Source: Octopus vulgaris
Lineage: Eukaryota
Direction of reading: 5' to 3'
Assembly (NCBI GenBank): GCA_951406725.2
Contig: OX597826.1
Span: forward strand, 17,732,001-17,796,000
Length of the DNA stretch: 64,000 nt
The first letter of the stretch is position 1; each line of letters opens with the position of its first letter. The notes beneath the pieces are model-generated. The model had not been told where the DNA came from and did no database searches. It worked only from the letters and a program-made list of their open reading frames with translations. Both the position numbers and the translations under genes were made by a program. This document shows, piece by piece, positions 12,501-24,750 of this stretch.

Positions 12501-12949
12501 TCTTTGATGTCTTCTAATTATGAAACAAATAAACGTGACAAGTTGAGTGAAAGTGATTTGAAAATGTGACAAGTTATCAAGAGCATTGACAATCACATTG
12601 AAAAGAAAGTGTTATTTAATTCCAGGTGACTATACCTGATAAACCTATGATCAAAAACATTTCATCCTTAACCTTCTCATTTTTGTTTCAAGCAAAATAT
12701 ATCTCTGTGACTGAGCTATCTAATATATTCTGATATACAGAAATCTGGCTGCTATTTGTAGTATATTGAGAAGCATCATACATGCTTGCTTGTCAACTCA
12801 GACATTACTGTTTTTGTTGGTATTGTTGATGATGATAATGGATAGCCTTGATCACTTCTGTGCAGGCCAACAGTCATAGCAATAACCAGTCAAATTGGTT
12901 TATAGCTATTTTTATTATATTACCTGCAGTCAGTCATTGCAACTATGAT

Positions 12950-13260
12950 GGCTGTTCATGGCTGTGGCATGACTGGATAAGCTTTCTCCATACCAGTCAG
13001 TCTTTCTGCATGGGTTTGCCATTTATGTTCAGTTCCTTTCCACTTTGTGTTCCTTTTTGCAATATCTTTGAATCTTGGTCTAGGTCTTCCATGGTTTCTT
13101 TTCCCCTTGCATAGTTGAGAGTGAAGTATTTGTCGGGGGAGTCTGTTGTTGTCTATCATGTGTAAGTGACTCAACCAACGTAAAATTCTATCAATGAGGA
13201 TTTTCATCATAAGAAGAATCAGACCAGCACACTGGAGAATCTGTTTGCTTCTGATCTTGT
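12950..13260 (-). mobile_element. RTE-clade LINE 3' fragment
   Basis: LRWLSHLHMIDNNRLPRQILHSQLCKGKRNHGRPRPRFKD (LRW.GH..R...RLP...GKR..GRP motif). Confidence 0.8.
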
Positions 13261-13420
13261 CAAAGAGAGTAATCTATATAAATAATTTGTCATAGCTGTC
13301 TCATCATATCACTATGCTTAGAACCATTCTCATAAAGACAGGTTGGCAGGGTAGACAAGATTATAACTTGGAATCCAGCAGTTGGATATACTGAATTCTT
13401 CTACAATCTATCCTTGTTGT

Positions 13421-13740
13421 GAAGGTGTGTGGCTTTGTTAGGGGTATTCGGCTCATGATTGTAGTTGTGAGTTTGATTCTCAACAACATGTTGCATCCTT
13501 GAGCAAGACACTTTATTTCATGTTTCTCCAATCCACTCACCTGGCAAAAATGAGTTGTACCTGTATTTCAAAGGGCCAGCCTTGTCACATTCTGTGTCAC
13601 GCTGAATCTCCCTGAGAACTACATTAAGGGTACACGTGTTTGCAGAGTGCTCAGCCACTTGCACATTAATTTCATGAGCTGGCTGTTCTGTTGATTGGAT
13701 CAACTGGAACCTTTGTCATCATAACCAACAGAGTTCCCAG
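13421..13740 (+). mobile_element. tRNA-derived SINE (older copy of the family at 15203-15597)
   Basis: Shares the body ttgtacctgtatttcaaagggcc.gccttgtcac...gagtgctcagccactt with the reverse complement of 15203-15597. Confidence 0.75.
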
Positions 13741-15202
13741 TTTTTTACAATCTTCCCTGTGTGGATAACATAGTGATTCATCATTCATAGTTTATAAGTT
13801 CAGATTCTGTGTCGCTGTAAGTCTTATGAGGTATTTACAGTACATTTTACCATTTAATGTTGGGCATGTTGATGTAACATGCAGCACTTTGGTGATTAGA
13901 TTAGAACTCGTGTTTTCAGCATGATATGATTGTAAACCTTGTATCCCTCATTTTCTTAACATAGTTTGCCTCAGTCTATAGGCTAAATCATCATCATCAT
14001 CATTTAACATCCATTTTCCATTGGTTGGATGGTTTTACCAAGTCTGATGAGTCACATCTGTCTCAGGCCCCAGTTTTAGATCTGTCATGGTTTTTACAGC
14101 TAGATGCCCTTCCTAACACCAGCCACTTTGCAGTGTGTACCAGGTGCTTTTTTACATGACACCAGCATAAGTCAAGTCACTGAATAAATTGCAAAACAAA
14201 GAAGAAGAAAGGAAAATGCTGAGTGGGAGTATATTTAAGAGAGGTGGAGGTAGCTTTATACCAAGTGTTGAAGGCTAAAGCAGGATAGTGAAACAATCAC
14301 AGGTGTGTTGCTATAGAAGTGAGTCATGCTCCCTCCCTGCCCCACAGTATATAAAGGTGGTGGTGGTGGGAGCTGGAAGATAGATAAAGAGAGTGGTGAT
14401 GAGGTGCGAATATATTCACAAAGTACAAAAAGGCAAGTATAAGGGAAAATATAGATTTTGAATCAGGAGGGAAGGAAGGTATGAGAGGAGAGTGACAGGT
14501 AGATTGATATTGGGTGAGAGTTGGCTGTAGTGAGTGATGGATAAAAGGTAGGAGGTGTGGCTGATGGTAAATATCAGGCTGCAGGATGAGGGGAGAGAGA
14601 GAGACAGACAGAGGTGGCTCAGGAACAAGGAATTGACTTGCACCAGAACAAGAGGTGTAGGAAGTGGCAGTGTCGTATATCTGTGGATGAGAGCGGGGAG
14701 ATGTGCTGGGTGCGAGGGGCGGGGGAGGGAGAGAATAATGAACTGTGATGGAGAAGGCCAAGATCACGTGATCTGGGGTTCTCAGCGCTGGAGATGGTGG
14801 GGATTTATCTCCTTGCTAGTGATATAAAGAAGAGCACATTTTGCACTAAAAGCCAGTATGAAAGTTTCTCTCGTGATATCTACCACAGTATAGTTTGTTC
14901 TAACAGAACATCCATGTTTGAGTGGGGGTAAATATTACCTCATGGTATTAATACAGCCTCTGTCACTAAATATATATTTCATGTGATGGAGATGGTGGTC
15001 AAAGGTACATGAACATGGTAATAAGGAACAGGGCAACAAAGGTGGAGGAGGTGTTGATAGCAAATAAGTGAGGAGGAGGTTGAGAGGATGATAATAGACT
15101 GATGTGTAGCAAACTATGATGTAGCTTTGAGAAAATAGTGACATTACTGAAATGCACAAAAAGTGGGTGATCAGTAGAAAGCAGTCTTGGCTGGGGTGAT
15201 TA

Positions 15203-15597
15203 TGGAATGGAATGGAAGCACTCCGTCAGTTACGACGACGAGGGTTCCGGTTGATCCGAATCAACGGAACAGCCTGCTCGTGAAATTAACGTGTAAGTGG
15301 CTGAGCACTCCACAGACACGTGTACCCTTAACGTAGTTCTTGGGGATATTCAGCATGACACAGAGAGTGACAAGGCCGGCCCTTTGAAATACAGGTACAA
15401 CAGAAACAGGAAGTAAGAGTGAGAGAAAGTTGTGGTGAAAGAGTACAGCAGGGATCACCACCATCCCCTGCCAGAGCCTCGTGGAGCTTTAGGTGTTTTC
15501 GCTCAATAAACACTCACAACGCCCGGTCTGGGAATCGAAACCACGATCCTATGACTGCGAGTCCGCTGCCCTAACCACTGGGCCATTGAGCCTCCAC
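15203..15597 (-). mobile_element. Near full-length tRNA-derived SINE
   Basis: Minus-strand head ggaggctcaatggcccagtggttagggcagcggac...ggtttcgattccc (A and B boxes); (ATTCC)n tail at ~15203-15217. Confidence 0.85.
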
Positions 15598-16308
15598 ATT
15601 ATAAGAGTGAGATAAATGGTAGTGCCAATGGGTGGAAAAGTAATTGCAGACTCCTGCTCTCAAATGATTGCGGCTGGTGAATTGTACCATTGTTAGAAGA
15701 ATAATGCGGGATGGGTAGTTGGAAAATAAGATGTGGTGTCAAGTATGCTTGACATGGACAAACTATTTGTAGAATCTATCATGGACAAGAATAAGCATGA
15801 TACTTTTAGGACCTCACTTTCGCTGTGACAGACAGGTCTTCTGTGCATGGAAAGTTACCAGTCATTTCAGTCTTTTGTCATCTTCTCCATGATGTTCAAT
15901 ATTTTGAGATCAGTTCTCACTACCTCATCCCATGTCTCCCTGGGTCACCCTCGGCCATAAGTCTCATCCACTCTAAGTGATTGGCACTTCTTTAAGTAGC
16001 TGTCTTCATTCATATGCATCACACGACCAAATCAATGTCGTCAACTCTTTTGTGAGCTACGTCTGATGCCTCTTGTACCTAATTTTTCTCTCAACACTGA
16101 GTGAGTTGGTTAAATAACTTGACAAAACCTCCTTTATTTACTTCAAGACAAAAACAAAAAACAACTGGTTCATTGATATTATGTGAATGGGTGACATGTA
16201 CAGAAATAGTCCTCTCTCTCTCTCTCTCCGCACACACACACACTAATTAATGTATTTAATTGTAATCATTCAACTACTTATCATTTTTATTTTTTATATA
16301 ATTTTCAG

Positions 16309-16513
16309 GAAAAGCGAGGCATATGTGAAGACACCTTGGCATGCAGTCTGTGTTGGAGACTTAGTACATTTGTCATGCAATGAAGTCATTCCTGCTGACA
16401 TTTTGTTGTTAAGGTCCAGTGATTCATCTGGCCTTTGTCACATAGAAACAAGCAACGTTGATGGAGAAAACAACCTTAAACAAAGATTCTGTGTACAAGT
16501 CAATAAAGAACAG
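16309..16513 (+). CDS. ATP10: P4-ATPase (ATP10-like phospholipid flippase), first exon seen in window (actuator domain)
   Basis: ttttcag acceptor, gttagt donor; translates [68 protein letters not shown] (VGD..PAD..DGExNLK actuator signature); begins by completing a phase-2 split codon, ends phase 0. Confidence 0.95.
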
Positions 16514-18714
16514 GTTAGTATTGAATGATACTTTACAACCTCATGGCTTCTCAATTTCCAGTCTAACCTTGCAGTTGTCTGTCCTGCAATTGAGATTACA
16601 TGAATTAGGTAATCCAACACCTCAAACATGCATGAGTAACTTAAACTTATTGCTGATCAAGTGTTTGATATTGTTTTCTCTTGTATAAACTAATGCATTT
16701 TATATTGTTTTATGCTTACAAACTACTATGGTGAAATATATTTTTTATCAAGTAACACCTTTGACAATCAAATAAAATATCTACTTACTTGCTATATGTT
16801 TACTTTACTCTTATCTAACTTTATTTATTAATTTTTTTAATTTTTAATATTTGCCTTTACTTAATCTGAAAATAGATTACAACAATTGTAACTGGGAGAA
16901 TATACCTCAGGTGAACATATGGCATACTAAGTATAAATATGTTACTATCTCAGGTACATAATATAGTGAGTTGAAAAGCTCCAGTTAACTGCAAAATTAA
17001 AAAGCCAAAACATTGCCAGGAGTATTGGGAATTTAAAAACGACAAAAAGATAACACCAAGAAAATAATTTCCTTGCAATTTGGGAAACAATAGATGATGG
17101 ACTGCAGGAATGGAACAGTCTTTAAAGCTAGCTGGTGAAAACAACAGGCATGTTTTAGTCATGTTTCAGACCCAAGGAATTATATATCATCATATCATCA
17201 TCATCATTTAACGTCTGCTTTCCATGCAAGCATGGGTTGGATGATTTTGACTGGCACCTGGCTCCAATCTTGATCTGGCAGAGTTTCTACAGCTGGATGC
17301 CCTTCCTAATGCCAACCACTCCGAGAGTGTAGTGGCTGCTTTTTATGTGCCACTAGCACAGGGCCATTCTGGCAGTACTGACAATGACCTCACTCAAATC
17401 TTTTTACACATGCCACCGGCACAGGTGCCAGTAAGGCGATGTTGGTAACGATCACGCTCGAATGGTGCCCTTTTACATGCCACAGATACGTAGCCAGTTG
17501 GCTGCTCTGGCAACAATCACGCTCGGATGGTGCTCTTGGCACCCTACTAGCACGGGCACAAGTGCCAGTAAGGCAGCACTGGTAACGATCACACTCGAAT
17601 GGTGCCCTTTTATGTGCCACTGGCATGGAAGCCGGTTAGCCGCTCTGTCAACAATCACCCTCATATGGTGCTCTTTGCACCCTGCAAGCACGGATGCCAG
17701 TCATCGAATTTGATTTTGATATATATATATATATGTATAAAATTAGTATAGACAGCCATGTGCAATGTGTTACCAAAAAAGAAAACTATAGTTGTCACTA
17801 AATATTACCAGGGTGTTACAACACCTATGTTGCTGTGAATAAGAACTAAAAATCTTCATTGCTGTAGTTAAAGCACATTATCATATACATATGTATTGAC
17901 AGGGGCTGTAATCACCCGAAAACACCAGTTCAGAAATTCCTGATACTGATGAGTTGGTTTGGGCTAAATCCATAGCCTCATCAGTATTTATACATCATCA
18001 TCATCATTGTTTCATGTCCATTTTTCATACTGGCATGGGGTGGACAGTTTGATTGGGGACTGGCAAACCAGGAGGCTGCATCAGGCTCTAATCTGATCTG
18101 GCAAAGTTTCTACAAGTGGATGCACTTCCTAACACCAACCACTCCAAGAGTGTAGTGGGTGCTTTTTACATGCCAATGGCTCAGTAGCCAGGCAGGCAGT
18201 ACTGGCATTGGCCATGTTCAGATGGTGCTTTGTACGTGCCACCGGCACAGAGAGACAATCGCATGGCACGCACACACACACACACACACACACACATATT
18301 TCTATATATATATATAGGGTTAGAGAGTTGGTATGTAAACACACATGGTTGGTTGTATAAAAGACAAATTAGAATGGTTAATGAATATATTTCAATCGTC
18401 ATGTTAAAAAATGTTATAAAATTTCGTGTTAGTGACATTGCTTTTGGAGAAATAACCAGTTTGGTATTTCTTTTCAAATTTCTCAAATTTCTTTACCGAT
18501 ATTCTGTCATCTCTTTGCTATGGTGGGGAGATGTCCAAACAGGGAGAGTTAAGCAGGGTTTTTTTTTTCTTTTTGGTATATGACAGATAATCAAAAATGT
18601 ACAGAAGGATTAGGTTCTAATGATTTAGCATGATTTGAATTTGATAGAATAGAATGGTAGGAGTGGTTAAGTTTTGCTTTATATTTTTCAATGAGGTAAG
18701 TTTCCTTACTTATA

Positions 18715-18758
<44 letters not shown>

Positions 18759-18761
18759 AAC

Positions 18762-18798
<37 letters not shown>

Positions 18799-18828
18799 CA
18801 TATATATGTGTATATATATATATATATA

Positions 18829-19791
18829 TTGATAAAACGGTAAGATAACAAAAGAAAGAAAGAGACCCCAATATTATGTAAATAGAGGAAATTTATACAA
18901 TATGTTACATTACTCGGTAGTCAAGATAAAACTCTGAGTTTCAGATGCCGAAGTGGAAATCCACAACACCATCTCTTCGGTTATCTGGCTATTTGAAAAC
19001 GTTATGAAAAAATACCATTAAAAATGAAGGGAAATTACTCTGTTGTAACTCTGCTTTGCCTGCGTACTTATACATCGCTCGCATTTTTCGTCATAAAAAT
19101 TATATAAAAATACATAAAAATATATAAAAATATATAAAATCTTCTTGGGACATAACACAGAAAGCATGTTCTATCCGTTTTCTTTAGGGGGTAATTTCAA
19201 GGCCAGGTTCAATAACCACACTTTGAGCTTTAGGCACTGGAACAAAAGAAAAGCGACACAATTATCCAATCATATTTGGTCTTTAAGAGATAAAGGTGTC
19301 GATTATAACATACAATGGAAGATTTTGGCCAGATGTAAGCCCTATACTAACGGCAGCGGAAGGTGCGGTTTATGCGACATGGAGAGATGGCTTATCTGGA
19401 AAAGCAGCTTAGACCCTACCACATGTCTAAATACAAGGACAGAGCTTTTCGGATCATGCCCACATGTGACTAAATTCCTGTTACGTTTTTGGTCCCCTAA
19501 AGAAAACGGATAGAACATGCTTTCTGTGTTATGTCCCAAGAAGATTTTTTATATATTTTTATATATTTTTATGTATTTTTATATAATTTTTATGACGAAA
19601 AATGCGAGCGATGTATAAGTACGCAGGCAAAGCAGAGTTACAACAGAGTAATTTCCCTTCATTTTTAACGGTATTTTTTCATAATGTTTTCAAATAGCCA
19701 GATAACCGAAGAGATGGTGTTGTGGATTTCCACTTCGGCATCTGAAACTCAGAGTTTTATCTCGACTACCGAGTAATGTAACATATTGTAT

Positions 19792-19792
<1 letters not shown>
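18829..19792. mobile_element. 5'-truncated Penelope-like element with inverted pLTR arrangement
   Basis: Near-perfect inverted arms 18894-19190 and 19494-19792; the spacer encodes a GIY-YIG endonuclease C-terminus (FKARFNNH..LSNHIWSLRD..CGLCDMER..LNTRTE..CPH) on +; inserted in a (TA)n tract. Confidence 0.88.
19700..19762 (+). ncRNA. Variant hammerhead ribozyme-like motif in PLE 3' region (mirror copy at 18924-18986 on minus)
   Basis: Stem I AGATAA/TTATCT; core CCGAAGA (U4C variant); extended stem II; GAAA (19744-19747); stem III actcagagt; GUU triplet. Confidence 0.6.
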
Positions 19793-19844
<52 letters not shown>

Positions 19845-20008
19845 TAGAAAAAAACCTACCTTTTATCAATTCAAAATGAAAAATTAAATTATACCATCTA
19901 GAAAATTACATATAATAGAAAAATTAAAATTAAAATAACACTAAAATGTCAGAGATAAAGTAAATTGCAAAAAATAATAATAAAAACGTATATAATAGGT
20001 AGAAAAAT

Positions 20009-20090
20009 GACACGTGTTTCGTGGCTATTATTTAAGAAATGATTATAGTAGTAGAGAAATCACTTCGATATAAATATAGTCGCTCATCAG
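20009..20090 (-). ncRNA. Hammerhead ribozyme-like motif with stem I lost
   Basis: Minus strand: CTGATGA-g...long AU-rich stem II...c-GAAA-CACGTG-T-C (GUC triplet); the 5' side runs into a (TA)n microsatellite. Confidence 0.6.
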
Positions 20091-20111
20091 GTATATATAT
20101 ACACATATATA

Positions 20112-20152
<41 letters not shown>

Positions 20153-20239
20153 CATGTATACACTATATATACATACATGCATACACAAATATATATATGT
20201 ATATATATATATCTATACACACAAACATATATATATATA

Positions 20240-20575
20240 CACACTTGTACTTGTGGCAACATTCACCCTGGGTGGGTTGAGTCGGCTTCTTCTAGCACCC
20301 TCGAGGCATCTCGGACCATGGCAGCTCATGCACAACGGTCCTGCACCAGTTCACTGGAGATAGTGAGCCAGTCACGGTTCCATCGGCACAGGCCAACCAC
20401 CTGCGGTCCCGTGAGCACGGAGAGGTCCTCCTTGATCGTCATAACCCAGGTCTTCAGCTGCCCACCCACGTGTTTCCGCCAGTTGGGAAGTGGAGTTGGG
20501 AGAAGGACATCACGGCTCAGTTCACCCACTGGACGCCTACATGCATGGCCAAACCACCACAAACACCGTTGCAGA
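20240..20575 (-). mobile_element. RTE LINE 3' end
   Basis: [37 protein letters not shown]...QDR; short (ACAAGT)n tail near 20240-20255. Confidence 0.82.
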
Positions 20576-21300
20576 AGGACAGATGATCAACCTCAGCTGC
20601 ACCCCAAGGTCCATCCCCTCCTCACTGTGGTGGGGACACTGGCAACAGGTAGTGTCAGAGCTATGCCGTCGGGAACTTCGGTTCCTGGTAGGGCCACCCA
20701 AGGCGGATTGGTCTGACACCGAGTAGTATTAGGGCCACAACCCGACAGACGGGGCTCTGGTGAAAATCCTCGGAGTGTCTGTTTTGGCAACCGGTGGCTC
20801 CTCGGTCATTCTGTCCCTGTGTCTGCAGGCAATCTGCGGCAAACAGGATGTCTCTACATGCAGGATTGTTGGGGACCACTTGTGAAATCCACATATTTCC
20901 ACGAAACTTCTTCCATGAATTCTCCATGGTGAATACAATGTTGAATTCTCGCTCGACTACTACTACTACTGCTACTGCCACTTCAAGTACTACACAAATC
21001 TACCCAAGCCCTGCTATTGCTCTACCACTATTTCGGCGTAGAAAGGACCTGAGGGTAGCATGCTGGAACATCAGAACACATCGTGACGACAGTGTCCAGG
21101 CATTTACGATGAAGGCTCTGCACAGGTACCACATGGCCGTTGCTTGTCTTTCAGAAGTGTGGCTTGCAGACGTCGGCCATCTTCCGATTAAAGTCCCCAG
21201 CGAAGAATTCATCTACCAGCTATATCACAGTGGTGTGACTGATAACAGTGGCCTCCATGGGGTGGCTATAGTGCTCAGCCCTGACGCACAAGCATCGACT
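20576..21300 (+). mobile_element. RTE LINE 5' UTR and start of APE endonuclease, inverted relative to the adjacent 3' end
   Basis: RTE/BovB-like 5' motif gagctatgccg...agggccacccaaggcgg; LRVACWNIRT...VACLSEVW...LYHSG...GVAIVLS (APE motifs). Confidence 0.82.
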
Positions 21301-21504
21301 CGCACTAGTTCAATTGAAGGGTCAAATCTCCAATGTCCACGCATACACACACACGCCCATATATGTACATACCCGCACATGTTTATATGCGCATACACAA
21401 AAAAAGATTATACACACACACCCCCCAAAAAAACGGAAAAAATTGATTACTTATATGAACTAAAGGCGTGTTTTGCCAATGTTTACATCGGTATGCACGC
21501 TCTG

Positions 21505-22060
21505 TAATTGTGTTTACTAGGGGATTTTTAGAAAAAAATAATGAAAAATAGTTCAGAATTAGATAGAAGACAGAATTCCTTGCCTTTGTCATAAGGTATT
21601 GAGATTGAGAGAATCAACGATTCTAAATTAAATTGTTCATTGTGGTCTTTTAGATCCCAAATTAATTTACTGATCCCTGTACTGTTACGTTTATTCCTAT
21701 CCCTAACTGCTGAGTAATGGATAGAAGTTCTTTGAGATAACTGTAACGACATACTTCCAATGTAAAATCATACTTTATTACGAGTACTGATTATACACTG
21801 GTATATAGAATTTTTGATTTTAGAATTACTTAACATAAACTTAATTCTGTTGGAATTCACTTCAGATACAATAACCTTGTTATCAATATTTCTAGAGGGA
21901 TGGAGGTATTTAGCTAAATTAATGATAGTATTAGTAAATGTATTGATATTTAACAGTTTGTTATTATGTGAAGAGATAATTTGTAAGATATTTTGTGTTT
22001 GAAAAACCAATCCTAACCGTATGTCATTTGATAATAGAGTAATACCTAGAATATTACTAA
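21505..22060 (-). mobile_element. Decayed PLE GIY-YIG endonuclease fragment
   Basis: [19 protein letters not shown]...QRTSIHYSAVRDRNKRNSTGISKLIWDLKD...FCLL; same domain type as 19191-19513 but highly diverged. Confidence 0.68.
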
Positions 22061-22082
22061 TATATATGTATATATATACACA

Positions 22083-22113
<31 letters not shown>

Positions 22114-22410
22114 GTGTGTGTATATGTATATATATATGTGTGTATATGTATATATATATATGTGTGTGTATATGTATATATATATATGTGTGTGTATATG
22201 TATATATATATATATATATGTGTATGTGTGTGTATATGTATATATATGTGTGTGTGTATATATATATACATATACACGTGTATGTATATATATATATATA
22301 TATATATGTATATACACATATATGTATATGTATATATATATATATGTATATATATATACTATATATTGTATATATAAACACATACAATTATATATATATT
22401 TATACACAGA
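22060..22410. repeat. Compound (TA)/(TG) microsatellite
   Basis: Low-complexity tract; similar tracts at ~1306, 18715, 19795, 20092, 23235, 23457, 24075, 26063, 34015, 39790, 42230 and 53245. Confidence 0.95.
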
Positions 22411-23229
22411 GACATGTGCACATGAATGGTAGTAGTGCGTGATGAAGTGATGCCAGTTATGACTAGAAATAATATAACCAAAGGAATATATCTCAGAAAA
22501 GCACTCAGATAATCCACGTTAATTGAGATTTTCATCTTAGTAGATTGCAGACGTGGGAGCCTACCATATTAGTATGACAGTAATTAACTTGTATTTGAGT
22601 GTATAGTTCCTTTGTTTAAAAGGTTTCAGACTCTGGAATTGTAGTCATTCTATAGCTCTGAAGGTGTGCTCACGAGAAAGACAATACCTGGAAAAAAAAG
22701 AAATTTTTTTTATTGTATACATTATAGATTAATTTTTATGAGAATGTGCTCTATAGGCAGATGTTAGCTTTTTTTTTTCTAACACAAAAGATTCAACAGT
22801 AAAGGGTGGTAGCAAGAATTATTTTTTTTCACTTGGCTATGATCCACTTCTTAGCAAAAATATGTGCCAATCAAAACAAAAGGTTTCCATAAAACTCTTT
22901 TCATTTTGCTCCTAGGGGAAAGAAATATTTTCATGCAGCTTGTTGAATAGAAATGAGCAAACTGAATTAGGAAGCCTGATGAATCATGCATGGTTGGGGC
23001 ACATTAAAAAAACGTGTCAGTTTACTGAGCACCTGTCCCCAAAATATCAATGACTGTTCTTAAAATATTACTATTGACTGGAGCATGTATTCTCTGTCCT
23101 AGAGTTTTTTAAAATACTAAATTAATTTAATTTCTTTTACCTCAATTGTTTCAGAATGTGTTGTAGGATTTGTTAGAAATAAGTCTGTGTTAGCTTTATG
23201 TTGTTAATTTATCTTTGGAATTTTTGGTG

Positions 23230-23294
<65 letters not shown>

Positions 23295-23454
23295 CGACAG
23301 GCTTCTTTCAGTTTCTGCCTACCAAAGCCACTCACAAGGCTTTGGTTGGCCCATAGCTATATTGGAAGACACTTGCCCAAGGTGACATGCAGTGGGACCG
23401 AACCTGGAACTGTGTGGTTGGTAAGTAAACTTATTACCACACACCCACTCCTCC

Positions 23455-23544
<90 letters not shown>

Positions 23545-24091
23545 TATTCCTGGTTATGACATTAAACTGCATCCGATGGTAAGGCTCCATTTCAGGAGTT
23601 GTGAGGAGCATGGTGTCACCCCTTATTTACTATTACACTTGACTCCATTCTGATCTGAAAGGGTAGTACCTATCAGGATCCCATCTATAAGTTAAATAAA
23701 TTTCTCTGGGTTAGAGAAGGCCCCTGTTATTTTTGACAAAACCCAAGGAGGCAGCTTTTCTAAGAGAATGATATTCTGACATAAAACTTGCAGTCAAAAT
23801 AGTACCAGTTATATTGGGATGTTTGTGACTGGAACCTACTCTGTTGATCAAGAGAGCGACAACAGTGGTGTCCAAGCTTTTGTTGCTTAAATCCAATGAT
23901 GTACAGATGTCTCACTATCATTTCATTCCTTGATCCATCTGGTATTTTATAAAGTCTTATGGCAATGGATCTATAACAGTAAGTTATATCCATGCACATG
24001 CAGGGATGAAAGTAAATGAGGACATTCACATTCAGTGTGGCATGGCTTTCATCTGACAAGATGAGACAGTCATCATATATATATATGTGTG

Positions 24092-24149
<58 letters not shown>

Positions 24150-24179
24150 CAGTGTATAAATAATCTTTGTGTGTATAAA

Positions 24180-24750
24180 TATACACAGCTTGCACCTAAA
24201 TATGCTAACCTAGTTATAGGATACTTCAAAGAAATGCTTTATGGGGAGGTAGAGAGAGGTTTTAATTGTGATTGCAGGAAATACATCATTCAAAAGTGGA
24301 AACTCCTCCTCAGTTACTGCTTCATTTTTTGGGACAGATCAGATAAGGACCTACAAATATTTAATAATATGCTCAATACACTTCACTTATCCATCAAATT
24401 CATAATAGAAACCACTTGCATTCTTAGATATCCACATAAAAATACACAACTCCAGTCACAACAGACATATTTTACTAAAAAATGGACACACACTTATATT
24501 AGTACTATAGTGATTGACCCAAACAGATGTCAAATCCAACTCAATGAGCTCAAAAGCTTCCTAACAAAATAGAATTACCCCATAGAATTAGTAGATGATG
24601 GAATTAAAAAGGCGATGAAACTGAACATCACACAACTAAGGACACTAAAGGAAAAAAATTAATGAACACACGATTCCATTTATCACACTCCTGGGGTAGC
24701 CAACATCTTTCACACCATAAAATCAAACCTACCTATACTTCTACAATGCC
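24180..24750 (+). mobile_element. Decayed PLE reverse transcriptase fragment (second lineage)
   Basis: LAPKYANLVIGYF...KWK..CFIFW...IFNNMLNTLHLSIKF resembles the Penelope RT APxYANL..G / WxRxxDD / LNxxHxxIKF motifs; catalytic DD lost. Confidence 0.68.

Noticed and set aside
15520-15597. tRNA-like sequence with A and B boxes
   Set aside because: It continues into a repeated SINE body and tail and lacks a complete cloverleaf, so it is a SINE head and not a tRNA gene.
1-16308. Search for the N-terminal ATP10 exon(s) (TM1-TM2, NxIxTxKY / EDxxR motifs)
   Set aside because: No matching sequence recognised; it probably lies upstream of the window, although a small exon could have been missed.
20580-20720. 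Possible HDV-like ribozyme at the RTE 5' end
   Set aside because: I could not build the nested double pseudoknot by eye; only the RTE-type 5' UTR motif is supported.
21768-22442. Multiple 110-180 aa ORFs rich in Y/I/C/V/H/T
   Set aside because: Translations of (TA)/(TG) microsatellite; the same applies to ORFs near 18591, 20039, 23232, 24087 and 26069.
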